This document shows positions 19,142-28,907 of a DNA stretch of 64,000 bases, piece after piece. The notes under the pieces are model-generated. The model ran no database searches and was not told the origin of the DNA. It saw only the letters and a list, made by a program, of their open reading frames with translations. Every line of letters starts with the position of its first letter. Positions within the stretch are counted from its first letter, which is position 1. This DNA comes from a virus, in the IMG/VR virus record IMGVR_UViG_3300046786_000748, positions 1-64,000 of that record; one strand, written 5' to 3'. The translations under genes were made by a program, and so were the position numbers.

Positions 19142-20806
19142 TTATGAAAAGTTAAAAGAAAAGTTACCGCCTGGGTTAGCAGCCAGAGCTAATCTGTATA
19201 TTGTATAATTATTCCTCCAGTCCGAAAATAAACCAGAACTTGTTACTTGAGCTGAACTGGTTAACTGGAATGAACCTAAAATTTCAAAGTTATTTGGGTC
19301 TCTTATAGAAACCAACCTTGAACCTGATGGATAAGCAAAATATATAAACGTGGCAACACCAACGATGTTATACGTTTTATTAGTACTATATCCTGTGGAT
19401 GTAAAATCTTTTAACAAAGCTTGATATAAAGCTGAACCTGTTAAATTAACTGTAGACGACGTTCCATATAAATATGGATAATTAAAGTTTACAGTCTTTG
19501 TTGATGATGAAATGTTTCCTGGAACACCATCGTATCCTACTCTAAAATATGTTCTATAAACATAACTTGCAGATATGTTAACATCGTTAACTGAATAAGA
19601 AGATGCGGATGGTAATGTTGAAACGGTAATTCCACCGTTTTTCATCACACTTCCTGTATAGAACGAAGTTTCATCATTAGCAGTTAAGTTGCCAGTTAAA
19701 TTAATAGTTTGTTGACTACCCGTTTCGTAGTTGAGAGTAGTTGAGTTAATTGTAATTGTAGCCGGCATAAATGGAAAAAAGAAGTTTTCGATAAATTCTT
19801 CTAAATCATCGCCGCCGACATTTAACCCAATATAACCACTTCTTCTTATAGGTCTGTCTCCATTATATGGAATAAATGCATTAGCGGCAAAACTAGAACT
19901 TAAAGAATAACTTGATGATTCAGAACTTAAAGCCGAACCCGAAACAAATGATGCAGTTAAAGCATAACTAGCCGATGTAGCAGTAATAGCATCCCCAGCC
20001 AATAAAGCAAAGTCTGCTGCTACAGCCACATCCGAGATAATAGCATGACTTGCCGATGTAGCCGAAATAGCCTCGCCAGCTAATAAAGCAAAATCTGCTG
20101 CTACAGCCACATCCGAGATAACAGCGTGACTAGCCGACGTGGCAGTAATAGCATCCCCAGCCAATAAAGCAAAATCTGCTGCTACAGCCACATCTGAAAG
20201 AATAGCATGACTTGCCGATGTTGAATTCAATGCGTAAGAGGCACTCTCAACAAATCCATCTACATAACTAGCAGTTAAAGCATAACTAGCTGTAGTAGCT
20301 GTTCCTGACGCATTTTCAACGTAACTAGCAGTTAAAGCATAACTAGCTGAACCATATACGAACCCTGTTACAGTTAAAGATCCTGTAATAATGACTGTGC
20401 CTGATATATCTAACGTAGCATTGATAAACGGTTCTTCGTCCGTCTTATTAATCCCAATTCCCTGAGCAGTGTCTTTAAACCAAGTGTTGGTATAGGTTAC
20501 TCTGTATGAATACGGATTGTTTGGATCAGATTCATATTTTACTAATCTGTTTGGATAACCAACAGTTACCGTATCTACAGAATAAAGAGATTCGCCAGGA
20601 ATCAAACCTCTTGAATATGATTGAAGAGACGATTTTGTAGTTCCGCCAGATTTGAGAACATCAGATATTCTTCCGGCAGTTAATACACCATCTTTATCCA
20701 AATAAAATATCGCATTGGACCCGGATATATTAACTTGTTCATATTGGGTGTTGACCGAATCCCTTTGGAAAAAGACAACATCTAATTTATTTACCGTAAA
20801 GCTCAT
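19142..20806 (-). CDS. Virion structural protein (fibre base/adaptor-like, 554 aa)
   Basis: Contains TASYA repeats and a beta-rich C-terminal domain (YPYLYG...FIYFAYP...IRDPNNF); ends 3 nt before the 3888-aa gene starts. Confidence 0.65.
   Translation of the reverse strand: MSFTVNKLDVVFFQRDSVNTQYEQVNISGSNAIFYLDKDGVLTAGRISDVLKSGGTTKSSLQSYSRGLIPGESLYSVDTVTVGYPNRLVKYESDPNNPYSYRVTYTNTWFKDTAQGIGINKTDEEPFINATLDISGTVIITGSLTVTGFVYGSASYALTASYVENASGTATTASYALTASYVDGFVESASYALNSTSASHAILSDVAVAADFALLAGDAITATSASHAVISDVAVAADFALLAGEAISATSASHAIISDVAVAADFALLAGDAITATSASYALTASFVSGSALSSESSSYSLSSSFAANAFIPYNGDRPIRRSGYIGLNVGGDDLEEFIENFFFPFMPATITINSTTLNYETGSQQTINLTGNLTANDETSFYTGSVMKNGGITVSTLPSASSYSVNDVNISASYVYRTYFRVGYDGVPGNISSSTKTVNFNYPYLYGTSSTVNLTGSALYQALLKDFTSTGYSTNKTYNIVGVATFIYFAYPSGSRLVSIRDPNNFEILGSFQLTSSAQVTSSGLFSDWRNNYTIYRLALAANPGGNFSFNFS
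19972..20220 (-). repeat. 81-bp (27-aa) tandem repeat x3, SASHA(I/V)(L/I)SDVAVAADFALLAG(D/E)AI(T/S)AT
   Basis: cagtaatagcatccccagcc recurs at 19981 and 20143 (2 x 81 nt). Confidence 0.9.
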
Positions 20807-20841
20807 TATTCTTTCTTCATAAATAAATATGGGATGGGTAT

Positions 20842-20880
20842 AAAAATAAAAAGACCGACAGAAGATTGTCGGTCTTTATT
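20842..20880 (-). terminator. Rho-independent terminator, possibly bidirectional
   Basis: Perfect 10-bp stem aagaccgaca/tgtcggtctt (approx. 20851-20876) flanked by A- and T-rich tracts, just downstream of the minus-strand gene ending at 20899. Confidence 0.8.
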
Positions 20881-20898
20881 TATTCAAAGTGTTTTTGG

Positions 20899-21120
20899 TT
20901 ATACTGATTGAATTGAGCCAGGAGGCAACGGTTCTATAACCGGTCTCTGCGGAGGCAAGAAATTTGGCGGCGGCCCACTTTGAGGAACGGAATTTATGCG
21001 ACGATTTAACTCTTGATTAATAATCCTCAGATTATTTTGAGCAAGCTCAAGTTGAGCCATTTGGTCATAAGCCAACGCTTTTAATTCCACAACTGTCAAA
21101 TCTGTTAATGTTTTATCCAT
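20899..21120 (-). CDS. Small hypothetical protein (coiled coil plus Pro-rich tail)
   Basis: MDKTLTDLTVVELKALAYDQMAQLELAQNNLRIINQEL...; start placed at ATG 21120. Confidence 0.6.
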   Translation of the reverse strand: MDKTLTDLTVVELKALAYDQMAQLELAQNNLRIINQELNRRINSVPQSGPPPNFLPPQRPVIEPLPPGSIQSV

Positions 21121-21152
21121 ATGTATGTAACCTCTGTTATTAATATATAGTT

Positions 21153-22193
21153 TCAATCTCCATATTTTTTCAAAATCTTAGTTAATATATCCACAAAATT
21201 TTGAATATCATACTTTTTTGCTCTTTTTGCTGACTTTTTACCGAGAGATACAATTTTACTTGAATTGTTATAACACCATCTGAGTTTATCTATCATATCA
21301 TCTTCGTCAAATTTAGACCAAAATCCATTGCTGTATCCCCACGACCATTCCGAAGGAACTTCTGTGTATTTCAAAGGCAATCCCACAGTTTCATCGAAAA
21401 ACTCTTTTAAACCAGAATAACATGATGCAATAATAGGTCGTCCACAAGCCATAGCTTCATGTTGCATTAATCCCCACCCCTCCGAAGATGCACCTGAAAC
21501 AAACACATCTATATTGTGATACCAGTTTGCAAGTTCTGTCTTTGTTAATTTTTGAACAGAAACATCCACTCTGTCATCCGAAAATCTAACAAGTTTGTTT
21601 AAATCCTGATTATCGATTTTTATATTAAGTTTAACATCTTTAACAGAAGCAGGAAATGCTTTACAAAAACATCGAATTACATCATTCAATCGTTTTCTTG
21701 GATCGGCGTTTGCTGAACCAAATGTAAAAACACCACTATCTACGTGGTTTTTATATTTGAAAACAGAAGTATCAACAAAAAGCGGACATTTTTCTATAGG
21801 AATTGTGACTCCATCTACGTCAAAATTTTCTTTGTTCCATGAATTAGGTACAATTACCAGTTTCCCTCGATTTAATAAATCTACTACATTCATGGATAAC
21901 TGAGTAGATTCCCACATTGTAAAGAAAATTCTCTTACCTATTTTTGGAACTCTAAATAACAAATTGTAATCATTGATGTCGGATTGAATAGGCAATATGC
22001 AAAGTTCGGTGTTTTTTGTTATATCTTTAGAAAGAGGACGGGAAAATGTTTTTATGTTTGGATTTGTTATTTCCCCATTCATGGAAACAGGAAATACATC
22101 CAATTGTTTAGAAAGTTCTAAACAAATAGTTTCTGTTAACGTTTCATATCCAGAACGAATATAGAACGGAGCACGTATTACCAGAGATTTCAT
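21153..22193 (-). CDS. GT-B fold glycosyltransferase (GT4 / group 1)
   Basis: EGWGLMQHEAMACGRPII (Ex7E motif), FTMWEST and RKRL nucleotide-sugar-binding motif. Confidence 0.9.
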   Translation of the reverse strand: MKSLVIRAPFYIRSGYETLTETICLELSKQLDVFPVSMNGEITNPNIKTFSRPLSKDITKNTELCILPIQSDINDYNLLFRVPKIGKRIFFTMWESTQLSMNVVDLLNRGKLVIVPNSWNKENFDVDGVTIPIEKCPLFVDTSVFKYKNHVDSGVFTFGSANADPRKRLNDVIRCFCKAFPASVKDVKLNIKIDNQDLNKLVRFSDDRVDVSVQKLTKTELANWYHNIDVFVSGASSEGWGLMQHEAMACGRPIIASCYSGLKEFFDETVGLPLKYTEVPSEWSWGYSNGFWSKFDEDDMIDKLRWCYNNSSKIVSLGKKSAKRAKKYDIQNFVDILTKILKKYGD

Positions 22194-22525
22194 TTAACAG
22201 GAGGTACAAATTCACTTCCGATTATGAATTTTTTCTTTAGTAATTCAACTTTAGCTAATTCCACCTTTGGTTTTAGTTCCGAATAAGCCATTGTGCATAT
22301 TTCGTTATCAGATTTTCCATCACAAGATTGAAAATCGATTTGAGTTTCTAAATAATGTTCCCGTTGATTAATATCACAAACAAGTTTAAAACCTACTATA
22401 TAATAAGAAGGATTGGTTGAATCATTCAATTCAAATCTCTGAACAATAAATCTTATTAAGTTTATCGGAACTTCTTCAATAACATCTTTTTCTATATTTT
22501 TATTCGTAACCTTTTTCTTGTTCAT
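22190..22525 (-). CDS. Hypothetical protein
   Basis: ORF overlapping the GT4 start by 4 nt; ATG at 22525 preceded by TATTTATT. Confidence 0.6.
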   Translation of the reverse strand: MNKKKVTNKNIEKDVIEEVPINLIRFIVQRFELNDSTNPSYYIVGFKLVCDINQREHYLETQIDFQSCDGKSDNEICTMAYSELKPKVELAKVELLKKKFIIGSEFVPPVK

Positions 22526-22544
22526 GTACAATAAATATCAAATG

Positions 22545-23483
22545 TTATAAATCGTCATTATTTTTAAAGTCAACGGGAGGACTTGGTGGTTCTTCTCCTC
22601 GACGAAGATTGTGATAGTATTGACTTCTCCATTTATCTTCTACACTATTAGAATCTTTTGGAGACCAACCTGTACCCACAACTTCTGCACCGATAATAAC
22701 TTTTTTAGCAGTGAAAGTTTTTTCTGTGGTCGATTTAGGTCCATCAAACGCAGTAGTAAATAAATCAGGAAGGAGATAACCATGTAAAACCAAATCAAAT
22801 TCGGTTCTTACCATTCTATCAGCATCAGATTCTACTTCTGTTGTATGACTGAAAGAATTGACAGCAGTTCTGAATTTAAATCCTTTTTTCTGACCCCAAT
22901 AATCATTAGTATCAAAGTTTATTTTCTCAACTAAAGCATTATTTTGTTCAACCGATTCTGTCCACACTATGAATTTGTAATTAAAGTTCATGTAGTCTGG
23001 CATAACAACGTTATATATTTCGTTGACAGGATCATTCTTTCCCATTAATGCTGAAAACTTAGTATATTGGTTTTTAACCGAATAAGTTCTCATCACAGAA
23101 TATCTTAAATATTTGTTAAACATTGTCATATTCTGATTTGATTCCGAACTCTGTCTATAAAACACCAAAGCAGGAAGAATAACTCTTCCGTTGGTATCTC
23201 TCATAAAACCATCATGTCTCACGGATTTCCATTTTTCCGGAGAAGCATAAAACACAGGAACTTTAATGACATTTCCATTTTCGACAACCTGTAATTGCAT
23301 GTCCTGTAAATGTTTAAAAACAGTTTCATCTATGTCTTTAATTGTGACAGCCCAATTTTTTTGGTCATCTGCATCACGTCTAACATGTAATGCACGGTTT
23401 TCCACTTCCCTTCCAACGGAATCAGGCAATTCCGTTTTGACAGGCGTTGGTGTATTATTAGTTGGGTCTCCTCTCCAGGCCAT
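22545..23483 (-). CDS. Tail terminator / tail completion protein (T4 gp15-like)
   Basis: IKVPVFYASPEKW, ILPALVFYR and VMPDY.NFNYKFIVWT..VEQNNALVEKI resemble gp15-type motifs; follows gp13/gp14-like genes. Confidence 0.7.
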   Translation of the reverse strand: MAWRGDPTNNTPTPVKTELPDSVGREVENRALHVRRDADDQKNWAVTIKDIDETVFKHLQDMQLQVVENGNVIKVPVFYASPEKWKSVRHDGFMRDTNGRVILPALVFYRQSSESNQNMTMFNKYLRYSVMRTYSVKNQYTKFSALMGKNDPVNEIYNVVMPDYMNFNYKFIVWTESVEQNNALVEKINFDTNDYWGQKKGFKFRTAVNSFSHTTEVESDADRMVRTEFDLVLHGYLLPDLFTTAFDGPKSTTEKTFTAKKVIIGAEVVGTGWSPKDSNSVEDKWRSQYYHNLRRGEEPPSPPVDFKNNDDL

Positions 23484-23488
23484 AATGA

Positions 23489-23962
23489 TTAAAATTGACG
23501 GTTAACTATGTTTAATTTACTAAGTTTGCTGTAATGGGTATTACAAATTATACTGTGTGATTTGGTGTCTATGCCTCCCAAAAGTTGTTCCTGAACAACA
23601 TTGTCGATTTCGTGATAACGTTCATTGAACAAAATCATATCACCAACTTCTGGGAATAGACTTACAAGTTTCAACACATTCTCTCTAAATTTGAACACCA
23701 CGTCCTGTTTTCTATCAGGACCAAACTCGCTGTATTCAGTGGAAATATCTTCTCTCTGAATTAAAGCAGTAATTTCAATTCCAGGGAAAAATACTATTCC
23801 TGTAGAAGGGTCAGCTTCTCCGTAAACATTTATTTTTGTTTCGTTTGTTGCCACTTTATAAATAGTGACCTCGGTTTGAATGATGTCACCCATCAGTTCC
23901 GCATTAAAGGAATTTATGAGCCTCAAATCTCGTTCACTGAAATATCTGCCTGCTAATCCCAT
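23489..23962 (-). CDS. Neck / head-closure protein (T4 gp14-like)
   Basis: NVYGEA, FPEVGDMILFNERYHEIDNV motifs; position between gp13- and gp15-like genes. Confidence 0.7.
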   Translation of the reverse strand: MGLAGRYFSERDLRLINSFNAELMGDIIQTEVTIYKVATNETKINVYGEADPSTGIVFFPGIEITALIQREDISTEYSEFGPDRKQDVVFKFRENVLKLVSLFPEVGDMILFNERYHEIDNVVQEQLLGGIDTKSHSIICNTHYSKLSKLNIVNRQF

Positions 23963-23963
23963 A

Positions 23964-24536
23964 TTATTTAGCTCCGTGCATTTTTAATAATTTTTCTGAA
24001 ATTCTATATATTGCTTCTAAATAAGCAACGTACATTTGTGGATTAACGGTTTTCATCCAAACAGAAGAAGTGTCTTTTATTTGTTTTATAAGAACAAGTT
24101 CTTCCTGTTCATCGTAGTTATGTTCCGGAGTATCTGGATAATCTTGTCCAAACTCACCGTCACGCTTACCGTAGCTAGTTCCATCCTCATCACCTTCTTT
24201 CAGTTCTCCAGTATGACCAACTCCGCCATGTTTAATGAATCCAGCAGTAGTTTTAGCATTATGAATTGCGTCTTCCTGTGATTTCCCATATCCTAGAATT
24301 AAAGCAGTTGGTTCTGAACTGCTATAAACAAACCATCTTGGTTCTCCATCCACATCATGTTGTCTAACTATAGATTGTGGATATTCAGGAATATTGATGT
24401 TCCCTAACGACGGTTCAGTTCTATCCCGTGGAGCAGCACCAAATTGGTCTGTTTCCGCATCATACGGTTCCACGTTTTCTCTTATTACGTGTTTAACAAC
24501 TTCCTTGATAAAGTTTCTAAATTCTTGTTTATTCAT
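23964..24536 (-). CDS. Hypothetical protein, candidate internal head protein
   Basis: N-terminal MNKQEFRNFIKEVVKHVIRE amphipathic leader ending in I-x-E; acidic body with further LKE site. Confidence 0.6.
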   Translation of the reverse strand: MNKQEFRNFIKEVVKHVIRENVEPYDAETDQFGAAPRDRTEPSLGNINIPEYPQSIVRQHDVDGEPRWFVYSSSEPTALILGYGKSQEDAIHNAKTTAGFIKHGGVGHTGELKEGDEDGTSYGKRDGEFGQDYPDTPEHNYDEQEELVLIKQIKDTSSVWMKTVNPQMYVAYLEAIYRISEKLLKMHGAK

Positions 24537-25525
24537 AAAATTCCTTTTATTGTTTCTGGTATAGAATTTTCTCTAATACGAATTAATTTAAATCCACATT
24601 TTTCAGCTATTTGGTTTTTAACAATATCATTGTAATAACAATCTTTTTGATATGAATATTTACATTCTTCTAAATTTTGTTTATGCCAAAATTCTCCATC
24701 AAATTCCAATAATACGTTTTTGTCAGGAATGTAAGCATCATAAATTTTCCCATTCAATTCATATTTTTTTATAAAACATATATTTTCCATATTCATCATA
24801 GAATAAATTTTAGTTTCTAATGATGTATCTCCGGCAGGAGAAAAGATTTTTTCAAATCCTTTTTTAGAAGCGTTTAACAAATGTCTTCGCCAACCAGATT
24901 CGTCTTTTTCTTTCCACGTTTTCCAAATATTTCCAACTCTAATCTTTTCTTCCGGATGATTTAACCAATATTCTTTTTTAGATTCTGATATTTTTTTATT
25001 TCTTGATTCTGTGTAGATTTTATTTTTAAATTCTGGATTTGAATGGAGTTTGATAAGCAAATCGGAATGTAACTTTTTATTTTTATCTGACATGGGTTTT
25101 AAATTTTCTAAATGTCGTTTTTTAATTTCCGGTCTACTCATCGATTTTTTAGTTAGTTTAGATATTCTTTCTCTTTCTTTTGGATTTGATAATCTCAATC
25201 TTGCTTTTTCGGATATCTTATTACCAATTCCAGAAATTTGAGATGGATTTTCCACACCATATTTTTCTAATATAGTATTTTTTCTTTTAGATTTAGATTC
25301 ATCTCCACTCATTAATTTTCTTGAACAATTTTGACTACACGTAGTTCTATACCCAACATTAAGTTTATAAAATTTAACCTCATTCCCACAAAATTTACAT
25401 TTTCCTTCTTCGTTTTTCTTTAAGTATTTATCATAATATTCTTTAACAGGTCCGTGATTCCTTACAATGTGAGTTCCTAAACCCACATATCCATTACAAT
25501 CCTTGTTACAAATTTCACATTTCAT
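24533..25525 (-). CDS. Free-standing homing-type endonuclease (Zn fingers, basic helical repeats, C-terminal DUF559/Vsr-like nuclease)
   Basis: CEIC..H...H and CKFC...CSQNC Zn motifs, KYGVENPSQ repeat-type motif, YDAYIPDKNVLLEFDGEFWH...LIRIRE nuclease motif; ATG 25525 overlaps the gp13 stop (ATGA). Confidence 0.8.
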   Translation of the reverse strand: MKCEICNKDCNGYVGLGTHIVRNHGPVKEYYDKYLKKNEEGKCKFCGNEVKFYKLNVGYRTTCSQNCSRKLMSGDESKSKRKNTILEKYGVENPSQISGIGNKISEKARLRLSNPKERERISKLTKKSMSRPEIKKRHLENLKPMSDKNKKLHSDLLIKLHSNPEFKNKIYTESRNKKISESKKEYWLNHPEEKIRVGNIWKTWKEKDESGWRRHLLNASKKGFEKIFSPAGDTSLETKIYSMMNMENICFIKKYELNGKIYDAYIPDKNVLLEFDGEFWHKQNLEECKYSYQKDCYYNDIVKNQIAEKCGFKLIRIRENSIPETIKGIL

Positions 25526-26748
25526 ATACCAATACCAATAAGTATAAACAAAGAAACCCAAACACCAATGTAAATTTTTAACGGAATTCTTTTTAAAACA
25601 TCTTGAAGTTTTTCGGCTTCCGTAGCTTTAGCTTCTGCTTGAACCGTTTTACTTGCTTTTTCTAACATCCCATTCAAATCATCTATAAGTTTGTTTTTCT
25701 CTTCTTTTGCTTCACTTCTTAATTCTGCTCCATCAAGAGTTACTTCGCCTCCGGGAATAGGAATGGTTTGATATTTTTGACGAATCATTCCTAGAGTTTC
25801 CTTACAACAAGCTAAAAAGTATTTTCTTATCCATTGTTTTCCGGTATCATTGATGAAAGTATAAACTGGATTGTTGTAAGGTATATTTGAATAATCGGAT
25901 ATGTTTTGATATGATGACCCAGAAGCAATAGTAGAAGACATTTTTTCTTCTTTAACTACATAATCAAAATACATCTTCATGTTGTATGTAGGAATAGGAA
26001 AAATTCTAATTTTGTTATTCATTATTTCAAACGAATAAGCCGATTTACGAACCAAATCATTAAACTCAATTGCTTGACCTCTCAACAAATCTTCAAAAAT
26101 TGGAGTCATGAGGAATTGAACTGCTGGTGAATAACCACCAAACCCCATTTCAGTCAATACATTGGAATAACTCATTCCAGTCATAGAGAAAGGATCATAG
26201 ATACGAGCAAATGCTGGGGTCATTTCGTGAAAAATCTTCCTAATTTCAATTCTATTAAAACTCTCAGATACATCCCCCCAAAGTTCTTGTAAATCGTATG
26301 TCTGTTTACCAGCAACAGTGTCAATGTGTCCGTGTTTCAAACTGACTTTACCACCAACTCCTGCTTCCGAACCATAACTGTCTGCTAAATTAACCATATA
26401 AGGAATTGGAGCACCATCTACAGCAACACCGGTTAATCCAGTTTGTGGGTTAATAAAAGAAGAAGAAATCGGAGTACCTATAAAATTTGAAAGATTGTTT
26501 ACGATATTCCACTGATTGACAATGGAACCGTATTCGTTAACAGCTTCTTCAAACGCAGCATAGAAATCAATATCAATCAATTCAATTTCTTGAATTGGAT
26601 ATCCCATTCTTCTTGCTGCCCAAATCATGGATGAATAAGCATCTCTACGAAAAATTGCGTCTGAATCATAAAAGCCGTAGGGAGTGTTCCCTTCTACAAC
26701 GGAACCACTTCCTGGAAATCTTACTCTATCTTGGTCTAAAGTTGCCAT
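25522..26748 (-). CDS. Neck / head-tail adaptor protein (T4 gp13-like)
   Basis: RRMGYPIQEIEL, WIRKYFLACCKETLGMIRQKY..IPGGEVTLDGAELRSEA motifs characteristic of gp13-type proteins. Confidence 0.8.
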   Translation of the reverse strand: MATLDQDRVRFPGSGSVVEGNTPYGFYDSDAIFRRDAYSSMIWAARRMGYPIQEIELIDIDFYAAFEEAVNEYGSIVNQWNIVNNLSNFIGTPISSSFINPQTGLTGVAVDGAPIPYMVNLADSYGSEAGVGGKVSLKHGHIDTVAGKQTYDLQELWGDVSESFNRIEIRKIFHEMTPAFARIYDPFSMTGMSYSNVLTEMGFGGYSPAVQFLMTPIFEDLLRGQAIEFNDLVRKSAYSFEIMNNKIRIFPIPTYNMKMYFDYVVKEEKMSSTIASGSSYQNISDYSNIPYNNPVYTFINDTGKQWIRKYFLACCKETLGMIRQKYQTIPIPGGEVTLDGAELRSEAKEEKNKLIDDLNGMLEKASKTVQAEAKATEAEKLQDVLKRIPLKIYIGVWVSLFILIGIGI

Positions 26749-26771
26749 ATAAAATTACACGTTTCTTCTCC

Positions 26772-26813
26772 TATAAATATTGTTTGTATTCATTTAACAT
26801 GGTTATATTTATA
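26772..26813. promoter_or_regulatory. Back-to-back TATTTATA motifs serving divergent operons
   Basis: TATTTATA on - strand at 26772-26779 (23 nt before ATG 26748) and on + strand at 26806-26813 (12 nt before ATG 26826). Confidence 0.65.
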
Positions 26814-26825
26814 AATTAACTTCAT

Positions 26826-28103
26826 ATGATAAAGTTTGCGGATTTGTTATTGGAAAAATTTGAATTGCCATCTGCTTTACAAAAACAGTTGGAAAATACT
26901 GGTTATTCAGCTCTTGGTCATATCCTCCCTCCACATTTTGAAAAACTTAAGAAAAAACTATTACAAAACCGTGATTTAAATCAAAAAAGTTATTCTGGTA
27001 TAAAAAATGTAATGGGATATATAAAAAAACTTACAGAAGGTGGCGGAAACACCAAACTTACATTAACCGATCTACTCGTTCCAGAATATTATTCAACTAA
27101 TGATACCAAAGAATCTCTTAAAAAGGGAACCGTAACTATAGAAAAGGAGGGAAACCAAATATACGTGGAGTGTAAAGATAAAAAAGAAACCCTGTTTTCA
27201 TTTGTTATTAGCAAAGATTATGCCGGTTGGGATTTGGGACAATTAAACCAATTTTGGAATAAAATAGACGATTCTTACAAAGACTTTGAAAAAGAGTTTG
27301 ACGAAAAACTAGTATCAATGGAATCCATTTCTAAAAAAGTAAACGGTTGGAAATCAATGGATAAAGCCAAAAAACCCAAGTTTAAAGAACCAAACTTAGT
27401 TTTGGTTTTTGAAAAAACTGTATCCGAAACAGGTCAACCTTACGAACATTATTTTAGAGCATTTAACTTTAAAAAAGACGACGAGAGCAAACATCCAGAT
27501 TACTTTTCCTCAACAACCCCACCAAGAATAGTTCAAACAATTATTCTAGAACACTATGATATACTAAAATTCCCCAATTATTTCGATAGAGCAGTTTCTA
27601 TATTTATCGGTACTTCAAGACATGAAGGAAGACATTTGTTACAACATGTGGGTAATATTAATAACAAACTTCGTGGAGATTATTACGGAGGCCCTAAAAA
27701 ATCATTAAAACATCAATATAACCCAGACCTTAGAGGGTCTGATTTTAGTGGTACTGCTAGTCCAACAACAAAGTTTAAAGATACCGAAGACCCTTACAAA
27801 CGAGTTATACATCCATTTAGAGACGTTGAATTCAAAACTAATCTTTACAATTATAAAGAAGAAATTGAAGATTTTTTGAAAAATAACGTTCCTAAAAACA
27901 AATGGAGAGAAGGTTTTAATGATGCTGTACGACATGCGGCTGGTAGTATGGATTATAATTCATTTCGTAAAAAATATCCATTTTCATCGGTGTTTTCATA
28001 TTCTACAGTAATATCCAAACATTTCAAAGAGTTATTTAAACACGACAGACCAAAGTTTAATCAGTTTGTTAAAGAACTTTACAAACTCATTTTTGGAGGG
28101 TAA
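26826..28103 (+). CDS. HExxH (zincin-like) protein with candidate capsid-targeting leader
   Basis: SRHEGRHLLQ motif with a downstream Glu (FRDVEFK); N-terminus MIKFADLLLE. Confidence 0.6.
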   Translation: MIKFADLLLEKFELPSALQKQLENTGYSALGHILPPHFEKLKKKLLQNRDLNQKSYSGIKNVMGYIKKLTEGGGNTKLTLTDLLVPEYYSTNDTKESLKKGTVTIEKEGNQIYVECKDKKETLFSFVISKDYAGWDLGQLNQFWNKIDDSYKDFEKEFDEKLVSMESISKKVNGWKSMDKAKKPKFKEPNLVLVFEKTVSETGQPYEHYFRAFNFKKDDESKHPDYFSSTTPPRIVQTIILEHYDILKFPNYFDRAVSIFIGTSRHEGRHLLQHVGNINNKLRGDYYGGPKKSLKHQYNPDLRGSDFSGTASPTTKFKDTEDPYKRVIHPFRDVEFKTNLYNYKEEIEDFLKNNVPKNKWREGFNDAVRHAAGSMDYNSFRKKYPFSSVFSYSTVISKHFKELFKHDRPKFNQFVKELYKLIFGG

Positions 28104-28106
28104 AAT

Positions 28107-28400
28107 ATGAATTTGATTATAAGTGGAGAATTGACTATACCAAAAAGCGAAATTGGTGCATTTAGAACTTTGACGTTATATGCTACAGTTTTTAAAAAAT
28201 TAGATTGTCTTGTCGAATGTCAAGAAAACGAAATCGATCTTTATTATAAATGGTTAAAAAGAAACTGGTCATATGATTTTGTAAAACAAATGGTAAAAAC
28301 AAATGAAGAAACAGGAATACACATCAAATATAGTAAGTTAGTTAACTCTATAACATTCAACAACTTAAACCAATATATAGCAATTTTAAAAAGAGTATAA
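28107..28400 (+). CDS. Hypothetical protein
   Basis: 97-aa ORF tightly packed in the operon (3-nt and 0-nt gaps). Confidence 0.6.
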   Translation: MNLIISGELTIPKSEIGAFRTLTLYATVFKKLDCLVECQENEIDLYYKWLKRNWSYDFVKQMVKTNEETGIHIKYSKLVNSITFNNLNQYIAILKRV

Positions 28401-28907
28401 ATGAGTGAAAATGTAAAATATGAATATGGATGCGTAATGGCAATAGTTGGTGATGACGCTTCTAAAAAAATCATTGACATTGGAAAAAAACTTATTGCTG
28501 ATGACATTTTATATTTTGAAGAGGGTCAAGAGTATGGGAGAGAAGTTGAACCGCATGTGACTATAAAATTTGGTTTGACGGATAACTATAGTAAGGATAC
28601 AATAGGAAAGTTGCTTTCTAAAATAGATCCATTTAAAATAACGTTAGTCGCCATTGATATCTTTTCAAATCCAAAATTTGATGTTGTCAAGTTTAATGTT
28701 GAGGGCGACGTTTTAAGAAAGTTGAATTCGGTGTTTAACAAATTGCCGAACGAAGATGAATATCCAACGTATAACCCTCATATGACATTGGCTTATGTAA
28801 AGACAGGAGAGGGAAAACGGTTTAAGAAAAAAATAAACCCAATACAACTTTCAGTGGATAAAATGAAGTATAGCAATCCAATTGGGAAGTATTATTACAA
28901 TTTATGA
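28401..28907 (+). CDS. 2H phosphoesterase (LigT/ThpR-like or Acb1-like cyclic phosphodiesterase)
   Basis: Two HxT motifs: EPHVTIKFG and YNPHMTLAY. Confidence 0.85.
   Translation: MSENVKYEYGCVMAIVGDDASKKIIDIGKKLIADDILYFEEGQEYGREVEPHVTIKFGLTDNYSKDTIGKLLSKIDPFKITLVAIDIFSNPKFDVVKFNVEGDVLRKLNSVFNKLPNEDEYPTYNPHMTLAYVKTGEGKRFKKKINPIQLSVDKMKYSNPIGKYYYNL

Noticed and set aside
24533-25525. Group I intron around the DUF559-like or GIY-YIG endonucleases
   Set aside because: Flanking genes are complete ORFs and there is no non-coding space for a ribozyme core; treated as free-standing
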